Numbered from the stretch's first letter, positions 9,100 through 19,459 are shown. The stretch is 64,000 nt of DNA from Rikenellaceae bacterium (GCA_015059865.1 SUZP01000004.1:2300-66299), one strand, 5' to 3'. The notes: generated by a model from the sequence alone, not told the origin. Numbers and translations are program-made.

Positions 9100-11661
9100 A
9101 TGAAACGATTTTCTCTCTTTGTTACAGTATGCTTAGCCGTAATATCCTCGGCTACGGCTCAACCGACATTTGGTAAGTACGAGCACACACTCGACTACTT
9201 CCTGCCGAAGTATCTCCCCGACATCAAGAATGGAGGAGAGATTAAACTAAGCGAAAAGTTCAACCCAAACATTCCACAGCCAAAGGATATATTGGGCTTT
9301 GAGCTTGGCGAGATGTACCCTGAGTGGTATATGATTGTCAGCTATATGAAGAGCTTAGACAAGGTATCCGACCGAGTAAAGCTCCGCACTGTGGGATACA
9401 CCTACGAGAAGCGCCCGATTATCGAGGTGACAATCTCTTCGCCAAAGAATATCGAACGAATAGATGAAATTCGTGCCGAGCAGCAGAAATTGAGCGATGT
9501 CACAATATCACAGTCGTTGGATATATCGAAGATGCCGACTATTGTGACTCATATAAACGCCGTTCACGGAAACGAGCACTCCTCGGCTTCGGCATCAATG
9601 GCCGTTGCATACTTCTACGCAGCCTCCGAAGACCCTAAGGTATTGGATATTTTAGATAAGAGCGTATTGGTTATAGTACCAAGCATCAACCCCGATGGTG
9701 TCAATCGTTTTTCGGCTTGGTGTAATGCCGAGTCGAGCACAGGCAAACATATTGCAGATGTCAATACCAGAGAGTATTCGCTCAACGAGCCTAAGCCTCT
9801 GAGCCGAACAAATCACTACTGGCACGATGCCAACCGCGACCACATCTTAACTCAGCACCCTGAGGGGCGCACCTTCGCTAAGGTTGTGTGCGAGTGGATG
9901 CCAAATATGCTATACGACAACCACGAGTCGAGCCAGACACGAGGTCTATTTTGCAGCCCGGGTATCTTAGAGCAGCTCCATCCTCTACTCACTATGGAGA
10001 GCCAAGACAAAGCGCGTCATATCGGCAAGTATACAACAGCCATACTCGAAAGAGTGGGACAAAACACCTATTCGGATGCACGATACGATGACTATTACTT
10101 GGGCAGAGGTGATGTTTATGGCGATATTCAAGGTATTGTAAATATCCTTATCGAACAATCCAACTCACGCGGCTTTGCCAAGCCTCTTGGCAATGGCAAA
10201 GTGCTAAGACTGCCAAGGTCTATCCAAAACCACACCTATGTAAGCATAGTATCGTTGTTTGCAGCATACCAAAATCGAGAGGATTTGCACAACTATCAGC
10301 GCAACTTCTTCTTGCGTCAGGCCGAGTTAATCAAGCAATCGAAGACTCAGGGCTACATATTCAACACCCGTGGAGATAAGGGCCTCGAATATGTTGTGAT
10401 GGAGTGGATGAAAAATCAATACTTCGATGTATACAAACTCGCAAAGGATGTCAAAGTCGATGGCGTAACATATCGCGCAAGCGACTCCTATATCGTGCCT
10501 GCCGACCAGCGTTATTTCTTGAAGTTCAAGGGTGCATGGGAGAAGATAACCAAGTTCAATACCGACAACTTCTACGACATCTCCACTTGGGCATTAAAAT
10601 ACGCCTTCAATGTAGAGGAGTGCGAGGTTGAGAGTACGGATGGACTTCTTGGCAAGAAGGTTGTAGATTTCAAATTTCCTGAGGGCAAGGTGTGCGAAAG
10701 CAGTCAATATGGCTACTTGGTTGATGCAAAGGGGCTATACTCTCACAATATGCTCTACGCAATGTTAGACAAGGGCGTACATGTAGATATCGCAACCGAG
10801 CCATTCAAGGCTAATGGCGAGGTGTTCGGATGTGGTACAGCCTATATTCCTCTCGCAGGACAGCCATTATCGGCAGAGGAGATTCACAAAGAATTGGCTG
10901 CTGCCGCAAAGATGAATGGAGTAGATGTTAAGGGTGTAAAGAAGCCTCTAAGCCTCGCTAAATCGGCTCGTCTGACACATCTTCCGCGTGTAGCTATGGT
11001 TACAGGTAGCGGCATTAGCGACTTCGAGAGTGGTGAGATTTGGCACATACTCGACCTTCGTTTCGGACTGACACCTACCCGCATCGACATCAATCGTCTG
11101 CACCAGATTAAGGATTTTAGCGAGTACGATGTATTTATCATTCCGAGTGGAGAGTCGCTGTTGCCTGTGAGCAACGATATCTACAAGCGTCTGAACGAGT
11201 TTGTAAATGCAGGTGGTACACTTATCGTAACAGGTGAGGCGAATGGCATTTTGAACAACACCAAGCTTGTCAAGATGGCATTTAAACAGATACCTGCCGA
11301 CCAGCCTAAATCGGAGAAGATTGCCGGTGCCATCGTAAAGAGCAATATCGATAATAGCGACCCTCTTGGCTATGGATACCCAGATGGTGTTGCTCTGCCA
11401 ATCTTCAAGCGCGGTAGCCTATTTATCGACACCGCAGCTACCACATTCGACAAGGCGGTAGTAAAAGGTGCTGCCGAGCCATATCTTTCGGGATATATAT
11501 CGCAGCATAATCTGAATAGATTGGCATCTAACCCAATAGTTGTAAAGAAGAAGGTGGGCAATGGAACGGTTATCTACTCAACCGAAAACCTCACTTTCCG
11601 TTCGTTCTGGTATGGCACGACCAAACTATTTATGAACTCTATCTACTTCGGTAACTTGTAA
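9100..11661 (+). CDS. Secreted M14 family zinc carboxypeptidase-like protein
   Basis: Signal peptide; HGNE, NPDG, R.NHYWHDANRD, DNHE and C-terminal FRSFWYGT.KLF.N motifs. Confidence 0.85.
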   Translation: MKRFSLFVTVCLAVISSATAQPTFGKYEHTLDYFLPKYLPDIKNGGEIKLSEKFNPNIPQPKDILGFELGEMYPEWYMIVSYMKSLDKVSDRVKLRTVGYTYEKRPIIEVTISSPKNIERIDEIRAEQQKLSDVTISQSLDISKMPTIVTHINAVHGNEHSSASASMAVAYFYAASEDPKVLDILDKSVLVIVPSINPDGVNRFSAWCNAESSTGKHIADVNTREYSLNEPKPLSRTNHYWHDANRDHILTQHPEGRTFAKVVCEWMPNMLYDNHESSQTRGLFCSPGILEQLHPLLTMESQDKARHIGKYTTAILERVGQNTYSDARYDDYYLGRGDVYGDIQGIVNILIEQSNSRGFAKPLGNGKVLRLPRSIQNHTYVSIVSLFAAYQNREDLHNYQRNFFLRQAELIKQSKTQGYIFNTRGDKGLEYVVMEWMKNQYFDVYKLAKDVKVDGVTYRASDSYIVPADQRYFLKFKGAWEKITKFNTDNFYDISTWALKYAFNVEECEVESTDGLLGKKVVDFKFPEGKVCESSQYGYLVDAKGLYSHNMLYAMLDKGVHVDIATEPFKANGEVFGCGTAYIPLAGQPLSAEEIHKELAAAAKMNGVDVKGVKKPLSLAKSARLTHLPRVAMVTGSGISDFESGEIWHILDLRFGLTPTRIDINRLHQIKDFSEYDVFIIPSGESLLPVSNDIYKRLNEFVNAGGTLIVTGEANGILNNTKLVKMAFKQIPADQPKSEKIAGAIVKSNIDNSDPLGYGYPDGVALPIFKRGSLFIDTAATTFDKAVVKGAAEPYLSGYISQHNLNRLASNPIVVKKKVGNGTVIYSTENLTFRSFWYGTTKLFMNSIYFGNL

Positions 11662-11673
11662 AGACAAAAAGCA

Positions 11674-12189
11674 ATGGATTTTAGAATTGGCCACGGATAC
11701 GATGTTCACGCTCTGGGCGATGGATTGCGATTGGTGCTTGGCGGAGTGGAAATACCTCACACCAAGGGGTGTATAGCCCACTCTGACGGCGATGTTTTGG
11801 TACACGCCATCTGCGATGCACTGCTCGGTGCTGCGGCGCTTGGCGATATCGGCAAGCACTTCCCCGACACATCGGCCGAATTCAAGGGTATCGACTCGCT
11901 CGTATTACTGCGTCGCGTGGTGGAGTTACTCGACGACGAGGGGTACATAATAGGAAATATCGACTCCACAATAGCGATGCAACGCCCGAAATTGCGCCCA
12001 TATATCGACCTAATGCGCGAGCGCATTGCCGGGGCGGCAAAGTTGAATATCGAGCAGGTATCGGTCAAGGCCACCACCACCGAGCACCTCGGCTTCGAAG
12101 GCGAGGAGAAGGGGGTATCGGCAACGGCGGTATGCTTGATTTATAGACGAGAGACGAGAGACGAGAGTAAACGGAAAACTAAAAACTAA
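11674..12189 (+). CDS. ispF: 2-C-methyl-D-erythritol 2,4-cyclodiphosphate synthase
   Basis: RIGHGYDVH, HSDGDV, DIGKHFPD and KATTTE motifs; C-terminal tail encoded by a repeat. Confidence 0.96.
   Translation: MDFRIGHGYDVHALGDGLRLVLGGVEIPHTKGCIAHSDGDVLVHAICDALLGAAALGDIGKHFPDTSAEFKGIDSLVLLRRVVELLDDEGYIIGNIDSTIAMQRPKLRPYIDLMRERIAGAAKLNIEQVSVKATTTEHLGFEGEEKGVSATAVCLIYRRETRDESKRKTKN
12146..12166 (+). repeat. (GACGAGA)x3 within the ispF 3' end
   Basis: Direct reading; followed by GTAAACGGAAAACT. Confidence 0.85.
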
Positions 12190-12210
12190 AAAAGCCAAAG
12201 TGCATCCTTA

Positions 12211-12250
12211 CTAGCCCTTACTAGCCCTTATTAGCCGTTACTAGCCCTTA
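12211..12250 (+). repeat. Decamer tandem repeat (CTAGCCCTTA)x4
   Basis: CTAGCCCTTA CTAGCCCTTA TTAGCCGTTA CTAGCCCTTA. Confidence 0.85.
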
Positions 12251-12306
12251 AAAAGGTCTGTGCCGTGGCAATATAAAGAGTTCACAAAACAAAAAAAAAT
12301 ATAAAT

Positions 12307-13755
12307 ATGACAATTAGAGATTTAGAGCCAAAGTTGGTTTGGGAGATTTTCGATGATATTACGAAGGTGCCTCGACCATCAAAACACGAAGAGAAAATGG
12401 GTAAATTCTTGGTGGAGTTTGCCAAGTCACACAATCTTGAATATCAGTGTGATGCGATTGGAAATGTCGTAATTCGCAAGGCTGCAACCGCAGGCTTCGA
12501 GTCGCGACCTACTGTGGTTTTGCAGGCACATACCGATATGGTATGCGAGAAGAATTCGGACAAGGTGTTCGACTTCAACAACGATGCTATACAGACCTAT
12601 ATTGACAACGGATGGGTTAAGGCTGATGGCACAACCCTCGGTGCCGACGACGGCATCGGCGTAGCGGCAGCTCTGGCACTCCTTATTGACGAGAGCGTAG
12701 AGCACCCTGCCATCGAGGCGTTGTTTACCGTAGACGAAGAGACCGGTCTGACGGGAGCCTTCAACCTCGGCGAAGGTATGGTGAAGGGCAAGTACCTTAT
12801 CAATCTCGACTCGGAGGATGAGGGTGAGGTCTTTATAGGTTGTGCTGGTGGCATAGACACATTGGCCTATCTGCCACTTGTAACCGAGCCTGCACCAAGC
12901 GGATACAGCTATTATAAGGTCGCTGTAAGCGGTCTTTTGGGCGGCCACTCAGGCGATGATATCGAGAAGGGACACGCCAACTCGAACAAGCTCGCAGCAC
13001 GAGTAGCCGAGCGCGCGACACGCCTCTTTGCGGCTCGATTGTCCGACTTCAACGGCGGCAATCTGCGCAACGCCATTCCGCGTGAGGCCTATATCGTTTT
13101 GGGCGTACCAAGCCAAAATGGCGCAGCCTTTATGGAGGATGCAAAGATGTTCGGAGCGACACTCTGCGCCGAGTTTGCCATTGTGGAGAAGGGTGCCAAG
13201 ATTGAGGTTTCGGAGGTTGAAGCACCAACAAGCCTCTTGGCTGAGGCGACACAGCGCAACCTTTTGCTGGCTTTGTTGAGCGTACCTTCGGGTGTGTTGG
13301 CAATGTCGGCAGCAATGCCGGGCTTGGTAGAGACCTCAACAAATCTCGCATCGGTAAAGTTCGAGGGCGACAAAATCGTCATCACCACCTCGCAACGCTC
13401 CTCGGTGGAGAGTGCCAAGGAGTATGCGATGTTGCAGGTAGAGAGTGCATTTGTGGCAGCAGGCTGCGAAGTAGTCCACTCAGACGGCTATCCGGGCTGG
13501 GCACCTAACCCTCACTCTACCCTACTCGAATGTACAAAGTCGGCATACAACAAGCTCTTCGGCACGGAGCCTAAGGTGCGCGCTATTCACGCAGGCTTGG
13601 AGTGCGGTCTATTCCTCGAAAAGTATCCACACTTGGAGATGGTGTCGTTTGGACCAACCCTACGCGGTGTCCACTCGCCCGACGAGCGTCTCGAAATCTC
13701 GACCGTCGATAAGTTCTGGAAGTTGCTTATCGAGGTGTTAAAGAGCATTAAATAG
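12307..13755 (+). CDS. pepD: Aminoacyl-histidine dipeptidase (M20)
   Basis: LQAHTDMV, TTLGADDGIG, DEETG, NLDSE, GGHSG, HAGLECG and HSPDE motifs. Confidence 0.95.
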   Translation: MTIRDLEPKLVWEIFDDITKVPRPSKHEEKMGKFLVEFAKSHNLEYQCDAIGNVVIRKAATAGFESRPTVVLQAHTDMVCEKNSDKVFDFNNDAIQTYIDNGWVKADGTTLGADDGIGVAAALALLIDESVEHPAIEALFTVDEETGLTGAFNLGEGMVKGKYLINLDSEDEGEVFIGCAGGIDTLAYLPLVTEPAPSGYSYYKVAVSGLLGGHSGDDIEKGHANSNKLAARVAERATRLFAARLSDFNGGNLRNAIPREAYIVLGVPSQNGAAFMEDAKMFGATLCAEFAIVEKGAKIEVSEVEAPTSLLAEATQRNLLLALLSVPSGVLAMSAAMPGLVETSTNLASVKFEGDKIVITTSQRSSVESAKEYAMLQVESAFVAAGCEVVHSDGYPGWAPNPHSTLLECTKSAYNKLFGTEPKVRAIHAGLECGLFLEKYPHLEMVSFGPTLRGVHSPDERLEISTVDKFWKLLIEVLKSIK

Positions 13756-13802
13756 GGGAGGATAAATTGGGTTATAGATTGAGATAATCCATAGGATAAT
13801 TC

Positions 13803-14549
13803 TCAGAAAATCCACTTATTCACAATACGCAAGAAGTATCGGTTGGCGGAGTAATCTATTATTCCAGCAACCGATACCTCTCTTTTAGGCATCTTCTCCT
13901 TAGCATAGTAGCAGGAGTCGAGTATGCGGACAGCCAAAGTGTCGCCCATCTCATCTACCAATGTGCGATAGGTCGTTACGGGCTCGCCATATTCAATATC
14001 ACACCACGACAAGCCTTGCTCCTCGTCGCAAATTCTAACCTTATCAAACCGCACAAGGTTGCTGATATCGCCAACACCTATGTCGGCAAAGCGTTTCGTC
14101 AAGGGCTTGAAATCCTCGCAAACGCCCGTCACCCGAATATATCTGCCAATCATACCGTTGTCTATATTATCAAGCGGAAATGTTCCAGTTGGAGGTGCGC
14201 CAATCTCTACTTTACCTCCCACGCGCGCCAACATCAAGCCACTACACAATATTGACACCTCGGAGTATATTGGCAGATGTACGCTGATGCTATCGGAGTC
14301 GATAGCGAACTCCAAACCTCCACTATCATCGACAATTACGGCGCTCTTGCGCATCTCGCCAAGCCAGTCGGTAGCAACGACTACCCCACGCACCATATAG
14401 TCATTTGCAATATAGTGGTGGTCGCCCTTGCAGAGCGATTTCAGATAGGCAATACTCACCTCCTCCGTATGTGGCGTTATGCCTTTATTGTTGGAGCATC
14501 TACCCAAAAGAAAACAGCTACAAATTAGTAGCAATAGTCGAAATATCAT
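13803..14549 (-). CDS. DUF5689-like exported OB-fold protein
   Basis: Hydrophobic N-terminus with Cys, SIAYLKSL and GVVVA motifs; paralogous to the neighbouring gene. Confidence 0.6.
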   Translation of the reverse strand: MIFRLLLLICSCFLLGRCSNNKGITPHTEEVSIAYLKSLCKGDHHYIANDYMVRGVVVATDWLGEMRKSAVIVDDSGGLEFAIDSDSISVHLPIYSEVSILCSGLMLARVGGKVEIGAPPTGTFPLDNIDNGMIGRYIRVTGVCEDFKPLTKRFADIGVGDISNLVRFDKVRICDEEQGLSWCDIEYGEPVTTYRTLVDEMGDTLAVRILDSCYYAKEKMPKREVSVAGIIDYSANRYFLRIVNKWIF

Positions 14550-15306
14550 CTGCAAATCGAGGTTTTATCACAAACTGCCTACCTTGGCCATCCCCTACCG
14601 TTTTATGATAGAGGATACCCTGAATGGAGACCATAGAGGCAGGCATTTCGAGGGTTGAAAAGTTGGAATATGGGCTAATCTCTGCAAATACTCGATACTC
14701 TTCATCGTTCTCGAAGCGATAAAACCCTCTCTTCTTATCTTCTGCTGTGGGTTTGTAGTATATATTTTCGACCTGCACAAATCTACCACACAGAGAGGTA
14801 CCGAGCGAATTTATGGGGAGAGAAAGCGGAGCCAAACGCTCCACCGAGTTGCCACGCAGAATATGCCTATCGACAACCTCCTGCGCCTCAAATTCGCGAA
14901 GTGCGACATCGTAGCTCTGAGGAGGTAGGCCAATCTGCAAAATATTATCCTTGAACATCACAGCCGTACCTTTTAGCCGCAAGGCAACTTCCACTCCGAC
15001 AGGATATTGCGCAGCAATATTATATGTGCCAAGTTTCACCTCTACGGCACCAGTCTCATCCTCGACAAACATCGAGCGATAGAAGTTGCCATCTCTATCG
15101 GAGGAGGTTACACGACCAACGCACACTATATCTGAGGTGATATTATAACACCCATCTGCGGCGAGTTGATACAAAAGCGCAATATTTGCATTCGCTTTCG
15201 ACACAAACGGTTCGATTGAGGGCTCGCTATGATTGTCATAACAGCCACTCAACACGCCCGCTGAAAGTAGTAGCAAGGCGGCAAAAACAGAGGTTAGCCT
15301 ACGCAT
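14518..15306 (-). CDS. DUF5689-like lipoprotein
   Basis: Lipobox LSGC; GRVTSSDRDGNFYRSMFVEDETG. Confidence 0.7.
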   Translation of the reverse strand: MRRLTSVFAALLLLSAGVLSGCYDNHSEPSIEPFVSKANANIALLYQLAADGCYNITSDIVCVGRVTSSDRDGNFYRSMFVEDETGAVEVKLGTYNIAAQYPVGVEVALRLKGTAVMFKDNILQIGLPPQSYDVALREFEAQEVVDRHILRGNSVERLAPLSLPINSLGTSLCGRFVQVENIYYKPTAEDKKRGFYRFENDEEYRVFAEISPYSNFSTLEMPASMVSIQGILYHKTVGDGQGRQFVIKPRFADDISTIATNL

Positions 15307-15399
15307 CTTTCGGAAAATTTATATCAAATCGCTACAAAATTACTAAATATCACGATTTTTTGCTATTTTTGCTCACGAATAGCTAATTTAACTGATATT

Positions 15400-16329
15400 A
15401 TGCTCAATATCCTACAAAGCGAAACGGAGAAGCTACAAAACTTGATAGTTCCAGATAGCGTACAGAAAGAACAATTTATCGAGACGGTCGAGAAGATTGA
15501 GAAACTCACCACCCTCGACTACAAACATCTCCTTACCGAAGTAGCCCAAGAGGCGGGATGGATAGTACTGAAAATCGTACTTGCCCTCATCATATATTTT
15601 ATTGGTAAGCAGCTGATAAAATGGGTGATACGCATTATGGATAAGGCCTTCGTGCGCCATAAGGTCGAGGCGTCGTTACGCTCATTTTTGCGTAGCTTAG
15701 TCAAGGCTCTGTTGATGATTATGCTTGTGTTCGCAATCGTGCAGACGTTGGGCATTAACACCTCCTCCTTCCTCGCCCTGTTCGCTTCGGCTGGTTTAGC
15801 AATAGGTATGGCTCTGAGTGGAACGCTACAAAATTTTGCTGGCGGAGTGATTTTGCTCATACTTCGACCTTACAAGGTCGGCGACTATATCGAGGCACAA
15901 GGACAATCGGGCACGGTGGAGAGCATAGGTCTCTTCTCTACCTGTCTGAAAACCCCTGACCATCAGACTATCTATGTTCCGAACAATGCCATTGCAACCT
16001 CGATTATCGACAACTACTCACAATCCGATATTCGTCGCGTGGATTGGACTCTCTCCATCTCGTATGGCGACGATGTGGATGTTGCTCGTCGCGAGATTTT
16101 GGCGATGCTCACAGCCGACAGTCGAGTCTTGACAGATACACCACCAGTAGTATATGTCCAGAACTTGGGCGAGAGCTCGGTCAATTTATCCATTCGCGCA
16201 TGGGTGGCAAATGGGGATTATTGGAGCCTATTCTTCGATATGAACGAGAAGATGTACAAGGAGCTACCAACCAAGGGGATAAACTTCCCGTTCCCACAGG
16301 TGGATGTAAATATTAAAAACAACAAATAA
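15400..16329 (+). CDS. mscS: Small-conductance mechanosensitive channel
   Basis: AGLAIGMALSGTLQNFAGG, PYKVGDYI, VPN and INFPFPQ motifs. Confidence 0.93.
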   Translation: MLNILQSETEKLQNLIVPDSVQKEQFIETVEKIEKLTTLDYKHLLTEVAQEAGWIVLKIVLALIIYFIGKQLIKWVIRIMDKAFVRHKVEASLRSFLRSLVKALLMIMLVFAIVQTLGINTSSFLALFASAGLAIGMALSGTLQNFAGGVILLILRPYKVGDYIEAQGQSGTVESIGLFSTCLKTPDHQTIYVPNNAIATSIIDNYSQSDIRRVDWTLSISYGDDVDVARREILAMLTADSRVLTDTPPVVYVQNLGESSVNLSIRAWVANGDYWSLFFDMNEKMYKELPTKGINFPFPQVDVNIKNNK

Positions 16330-16346
16330 AAATAATCAATAACATT

Positions 16347-16745
16347 ATGGAGTTAAAGGATATTTTGGCTATTTCGGGACAACCCGGTTTGTTCCGTTAT
16401 GTGGCGCAGTCGCGAAATGGTTTTATTGTAGAGTCACTGCTCGATGGCAAGCGAATGAATGCTTCGGCTTCCTCGCGTATGAGCGCATTGACCGAGATTT
16501 CGATGTTTACCGAGGGAGAGGATATACCTCTTGCTGAGGTATTTACCAAGATGTACGCCTACACCGATGGCAAGCAAGGACCTTCGACTAAGGAGGGAGT
16601 TGCGCGTTTGAAGGAGTTTTTCGGCGTCGTTATACCCGACTATGACCGCGAGCGCGTACACGACTCCGACATCAAGAAGGCTGTATCGTGGTTTAACCTC
16701 CTTGTCGAGGCAGGAATGACCAAGTTTGAAATCCCAGAGGAGTAG
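16347..16745 (+). CDS. Conserved Bacteroidota protein (DUF5606 family)
   Basis: ILAISGQPGLF and PDYDRERVHDSDIKK motifs. Confidence 0.8.
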   Translation: MELKDILAISGQPGLFRYVAQSRNGFIVESLLDGKRMNASASSRMSALTEISMFTEGEDIPLAEVFTKMYAYTDGKQGPSTKEGVARLKEFFGVVIPDYDRERVHDSDIKKAVSWFNLLVEAGMTKFEIPEE

Positions 16746-16765
16746 ACAAAAATATACGACTAACA

Positions 16766-16802
16766 GAGCCTGTCTAACTTTTTTCACTTGTTAGACAGGC
16801 TC
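16766..16802. repeat. 13-bp perfect inverted repeat
   Basis: GAGCCTGTCTAAC-N11-GTTAGACAGGCTC with no U tract. Confidence 0.7.
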
Positions 16803-16913
16803 GACTATAAGGGGTGTTAGCAATATTAGGAGTCGCCCAAGTGTAGGTATCAAAAACGATACTTGACCATAGGGGGGGGGCAATGGAGAGAATAATGTAA
16901 ACACACTACATTT

Positions 16914-18015
16914 ATGATACAAACAGAACAGATTAAGGAGCTTGTAAGGCGTCTGGATACGCTGGGGAGGTGTCTTTGACATCGAACAGAGAAAGATAGA
17001 CCTCCAAAATGAGGAGGAGAAGACTCTCGAACCCGACTTTTGGGAGAGTCCCGAAAAGGCGCAGGAGCAGTTGCGCAAGGTCGCCTCGATAAAGAGCTGG
17101 GTTGAGGGTTACGAGGAGGTACGCAAGGCGGTTGATGAGGTGGCGTTGATGCCCGAATTTATAAGCGAAGGGCTTGCCTCCGAAGATGATGCCGAGCGAG
17201 CCTACACGCGAGCCGCAGAGCTTGTCGAGAAGCTCGAACTCCGCAATATGCTCTCCGGCGAGGAGGACAAGATGGGTGCGATAGTCGATATCAACGCCGG
17301 AGCAGGCGGCACGGAGGCTCTCGACTGGGCTTCGATGCTACTCCGTATGTACACCCGTTGGTGCGAGGCGCACGGCTACAAGGTGAAGATGCTCGACTTC
17401 CAAGAGGGCGATGAGGTGGGTGTAAAGTCCTGCACAATGGAGGTCGAAGGCGACTTCGCCTACGGATATCTCAAAAGCGAGAATGGCGTGCATCGCTTGG
17501 TGCGTCTTTCGCCATTCAACGCCAACAACAAGCGACAAACCACCTTCGCATCGGTGGCGGTTACGCCTGCCGTAGATGACTCTATCGAAGTTGTTGTAAA
17601 TCCTGCAAATATCGAGTGGGAGACCTTCCGTTCAAGTGGTGCAGGAGGTCAGAATGTCAATAAGGTCGAGACGGCTGCACGACTTCGTTACCACTTCAAA
17701 GATGAGCAGACGGGCGAGGAGATTTCCTATGTTATCGAAAATCAAGAAACTCGCTCGCAGTTGATGAATAAGGAGAATGCAATGCGTATCCTGCGCTCGA
17801 AACTCTATCAGTACGAGCTCGAAAAACGCCGTGCTACACAGCAAGCTATCGAGGCGGACAAGAAGAAGATTGAGTGGGGCTCGCAAATTCGCTCCTATGT
17901 ACTTGACGATAGGCGAGTTAAGGACCACCGCACAGGCTTCCAGACTACCGATTGCGATGGCGTACTCGATGGTGATTTAGATGGCTTTATCAAGGCGTAC
18001 TTGATGGAGAATTAA
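16914..18015 (+). CDS. prfB: Peptide chain release factor 2, translated via a +1 programmed frameshift
   Basis: ATG 16914, 21 codons ending CTT TGA C at 16974-16980; the +1 frame continues into the ORF carrying the SPF and GGQ motifs. Confidence 0.96.
16965..16980 (+). promoter_or_regulatory. RF2 autoregulatory frameshift site
   Basis: GGGAGG (internal Shine-Dalgarno) TGT CTT TGA C. Confidence 0.95.
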
Positions 18016-18042
18016 AAACATTTACATAAAAATTCTATTATT

Positions 18043-19206
18043 ATGAAAAAGTTATTATTCTTACTGCTTGCGCTGATTTGTATGTCAACAACGGCATCGG
18101 CAGCAAAGGTTATTTGCGGTGACGAGCGTACCGATGTATGGGTACCAATGTTAAGAGGCAAGAAGGTTTGTCTTTTGACCAACTACACCGCAACAATCAA
18201 TGGAAAACATCTTATTGATGTGATGTTGGAGAAGGGAATAAATCTGGTTGCTATTGCCACACCGGAGCATGGATTAAGCGGTAAAGCCTCTGCGGGTGCC
18301 AAGGTTGCATCTTCAACATACAAAGATACCGGAATACCGGTTTGGTCACTTTACGGAAAAACTCGCCGTATGACTCCTGAACAGGCAGAGCAATTTGATG
18401 TCTTGGTATTCGACATACAGGATGTAGGTGTTCGTTTCTTCACCTATTATGTTACAATGTTGTGGACCTTTGATGCCCTTGCCGAGAAGGGAAAGAGATT
18501 GATTGTATTTGACCGTCCAAATCCAAACGGAATGTATGTAGATGGTCCTATCCTCGAAGAGAAGCATAAGTCGTTCATTGGTGGAATACCTATTCCTGTT
18601 GTACATGGATTGACAATGGGCGAACTTGCACAGATGGCAGTAGGCGAAGGCTGGGTTCCAAAGATTGATGTTGAGGTTGTGTGTTGCCAAAATTACACTC
18701 ACCAAACCCGTTATCAGTTGCCTGTTAAGCCGGGTCCAAATGTACGCACAATGCAGGCTGTATATCTCTATCCTTCGACATGTTTGATTGAGGGTACAGT
18801 ATTCTCGGAGGCTCGTGGTACAGATTTCGGTTTTGAGGCTTATGGTCACCCAGATATTGCTCCTACGGGATTTTCATACACTCCACGCTCAATAGAGGGT
18901 GCAAAAAATCCAAAGCATCAGGATAAATTGTGTCATGGAGTCGATTTGCGCAAAGTGCCAAAGAAGCAGATTCTCAAAGAGGGCTTCACACTCAAATATG
19001 TTATTGATGCCTACAACCGATACGGCAAGGGTAAGGAGTTGTTTGCAGGCGACAGAAAGAAGTTCTTCCACAGATTGGTAGCCGTAGATTATATCTATGA
19101 GATGATTATCGCAGGCAAGTCGGCCGATGAAATAAAGGCTATGTGGAAAGATGATGTCGAGAAGTTCAAGGCTCTTCGCCGTAAATATCTGCTTTATGCG
19201 GAGTAG
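18043..19206 (+). CDS. DUF1343 / NamZ-like exo-beta-N-acetylmuramidase family protein
   Basis: Signal peptide; PEHG, SLYG, FDIQDVGVRF.TY, DRPNP, HGLTMGELA and KYLLY motifs. Confidence 0.9.
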   Translation: MKKLLFLLLALICMSTTASAAKVICGDERTDVWVPMLRGKKVCLLTNYTATINGKHLIDVMLEKGINLVAIATPEHGLSGKASAGAKVASSTYKDTGIPVWSLYGKTRRMTPEQAEQFDVLVFDIQDVGVRFFTYYVTMLWTFDALAEKGKRLIVFDRPNPNGMYVDGPILEEKHKSFIGGIPIPVVHGLTMGELAQMAVGEGWVPKIDVEVVCCQNYTHQTRYQLPVKPGPNVRTMQAVYLYPSTCLIEGTVFSEARGTDFGFEAYGHPDIAPTGFSYTPRSIEGAKNPKHQDKLCHGVDLRKVPKKQILKEGFTLKYVIDAYNRYGKGKELFAGDRKKFFHRLVAVDYIYEMIIAGKSADEIKAMWKDDVEKFKALRRKYLLYAE

Positions 19207-19235
19207 TGAATTTCAAAACTACAAAGTTATTTCGA

Positions 19236-19277
19236 AAGAGGGTGCCCAAAAAAGAATTTGTTGGACACTCTCTTCTT
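19236..19277 (+). terminator. Probable terminator hairpin
   Basis: AAGAGGGTGCCCAA...TTGGACACTCTCTT. Confidence 0.55.
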
Positions 19278-19459
19278 GTAAGTTTGTATAACAAGAACTA
19301 TTTGAAGTTACTCGTAGGCTGGAAAGATATTGTTTACTTGGCATAAATAGGCCTTTTTTCAGACAAGGTAGATGCAGAAGGAGCTTGTGTTCGGCAGATT
19401 TTTTTTTTGGCGAAGGGTATATTTTAATTCTTAATTTTTAATTCTTAATTTTTAATTTG

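Noticed and set aside
16914-18015. prfB as a pseudogene
   Set aside because: The in-frame TGA is in the canonical CTT TGA C programmed frameshift context.
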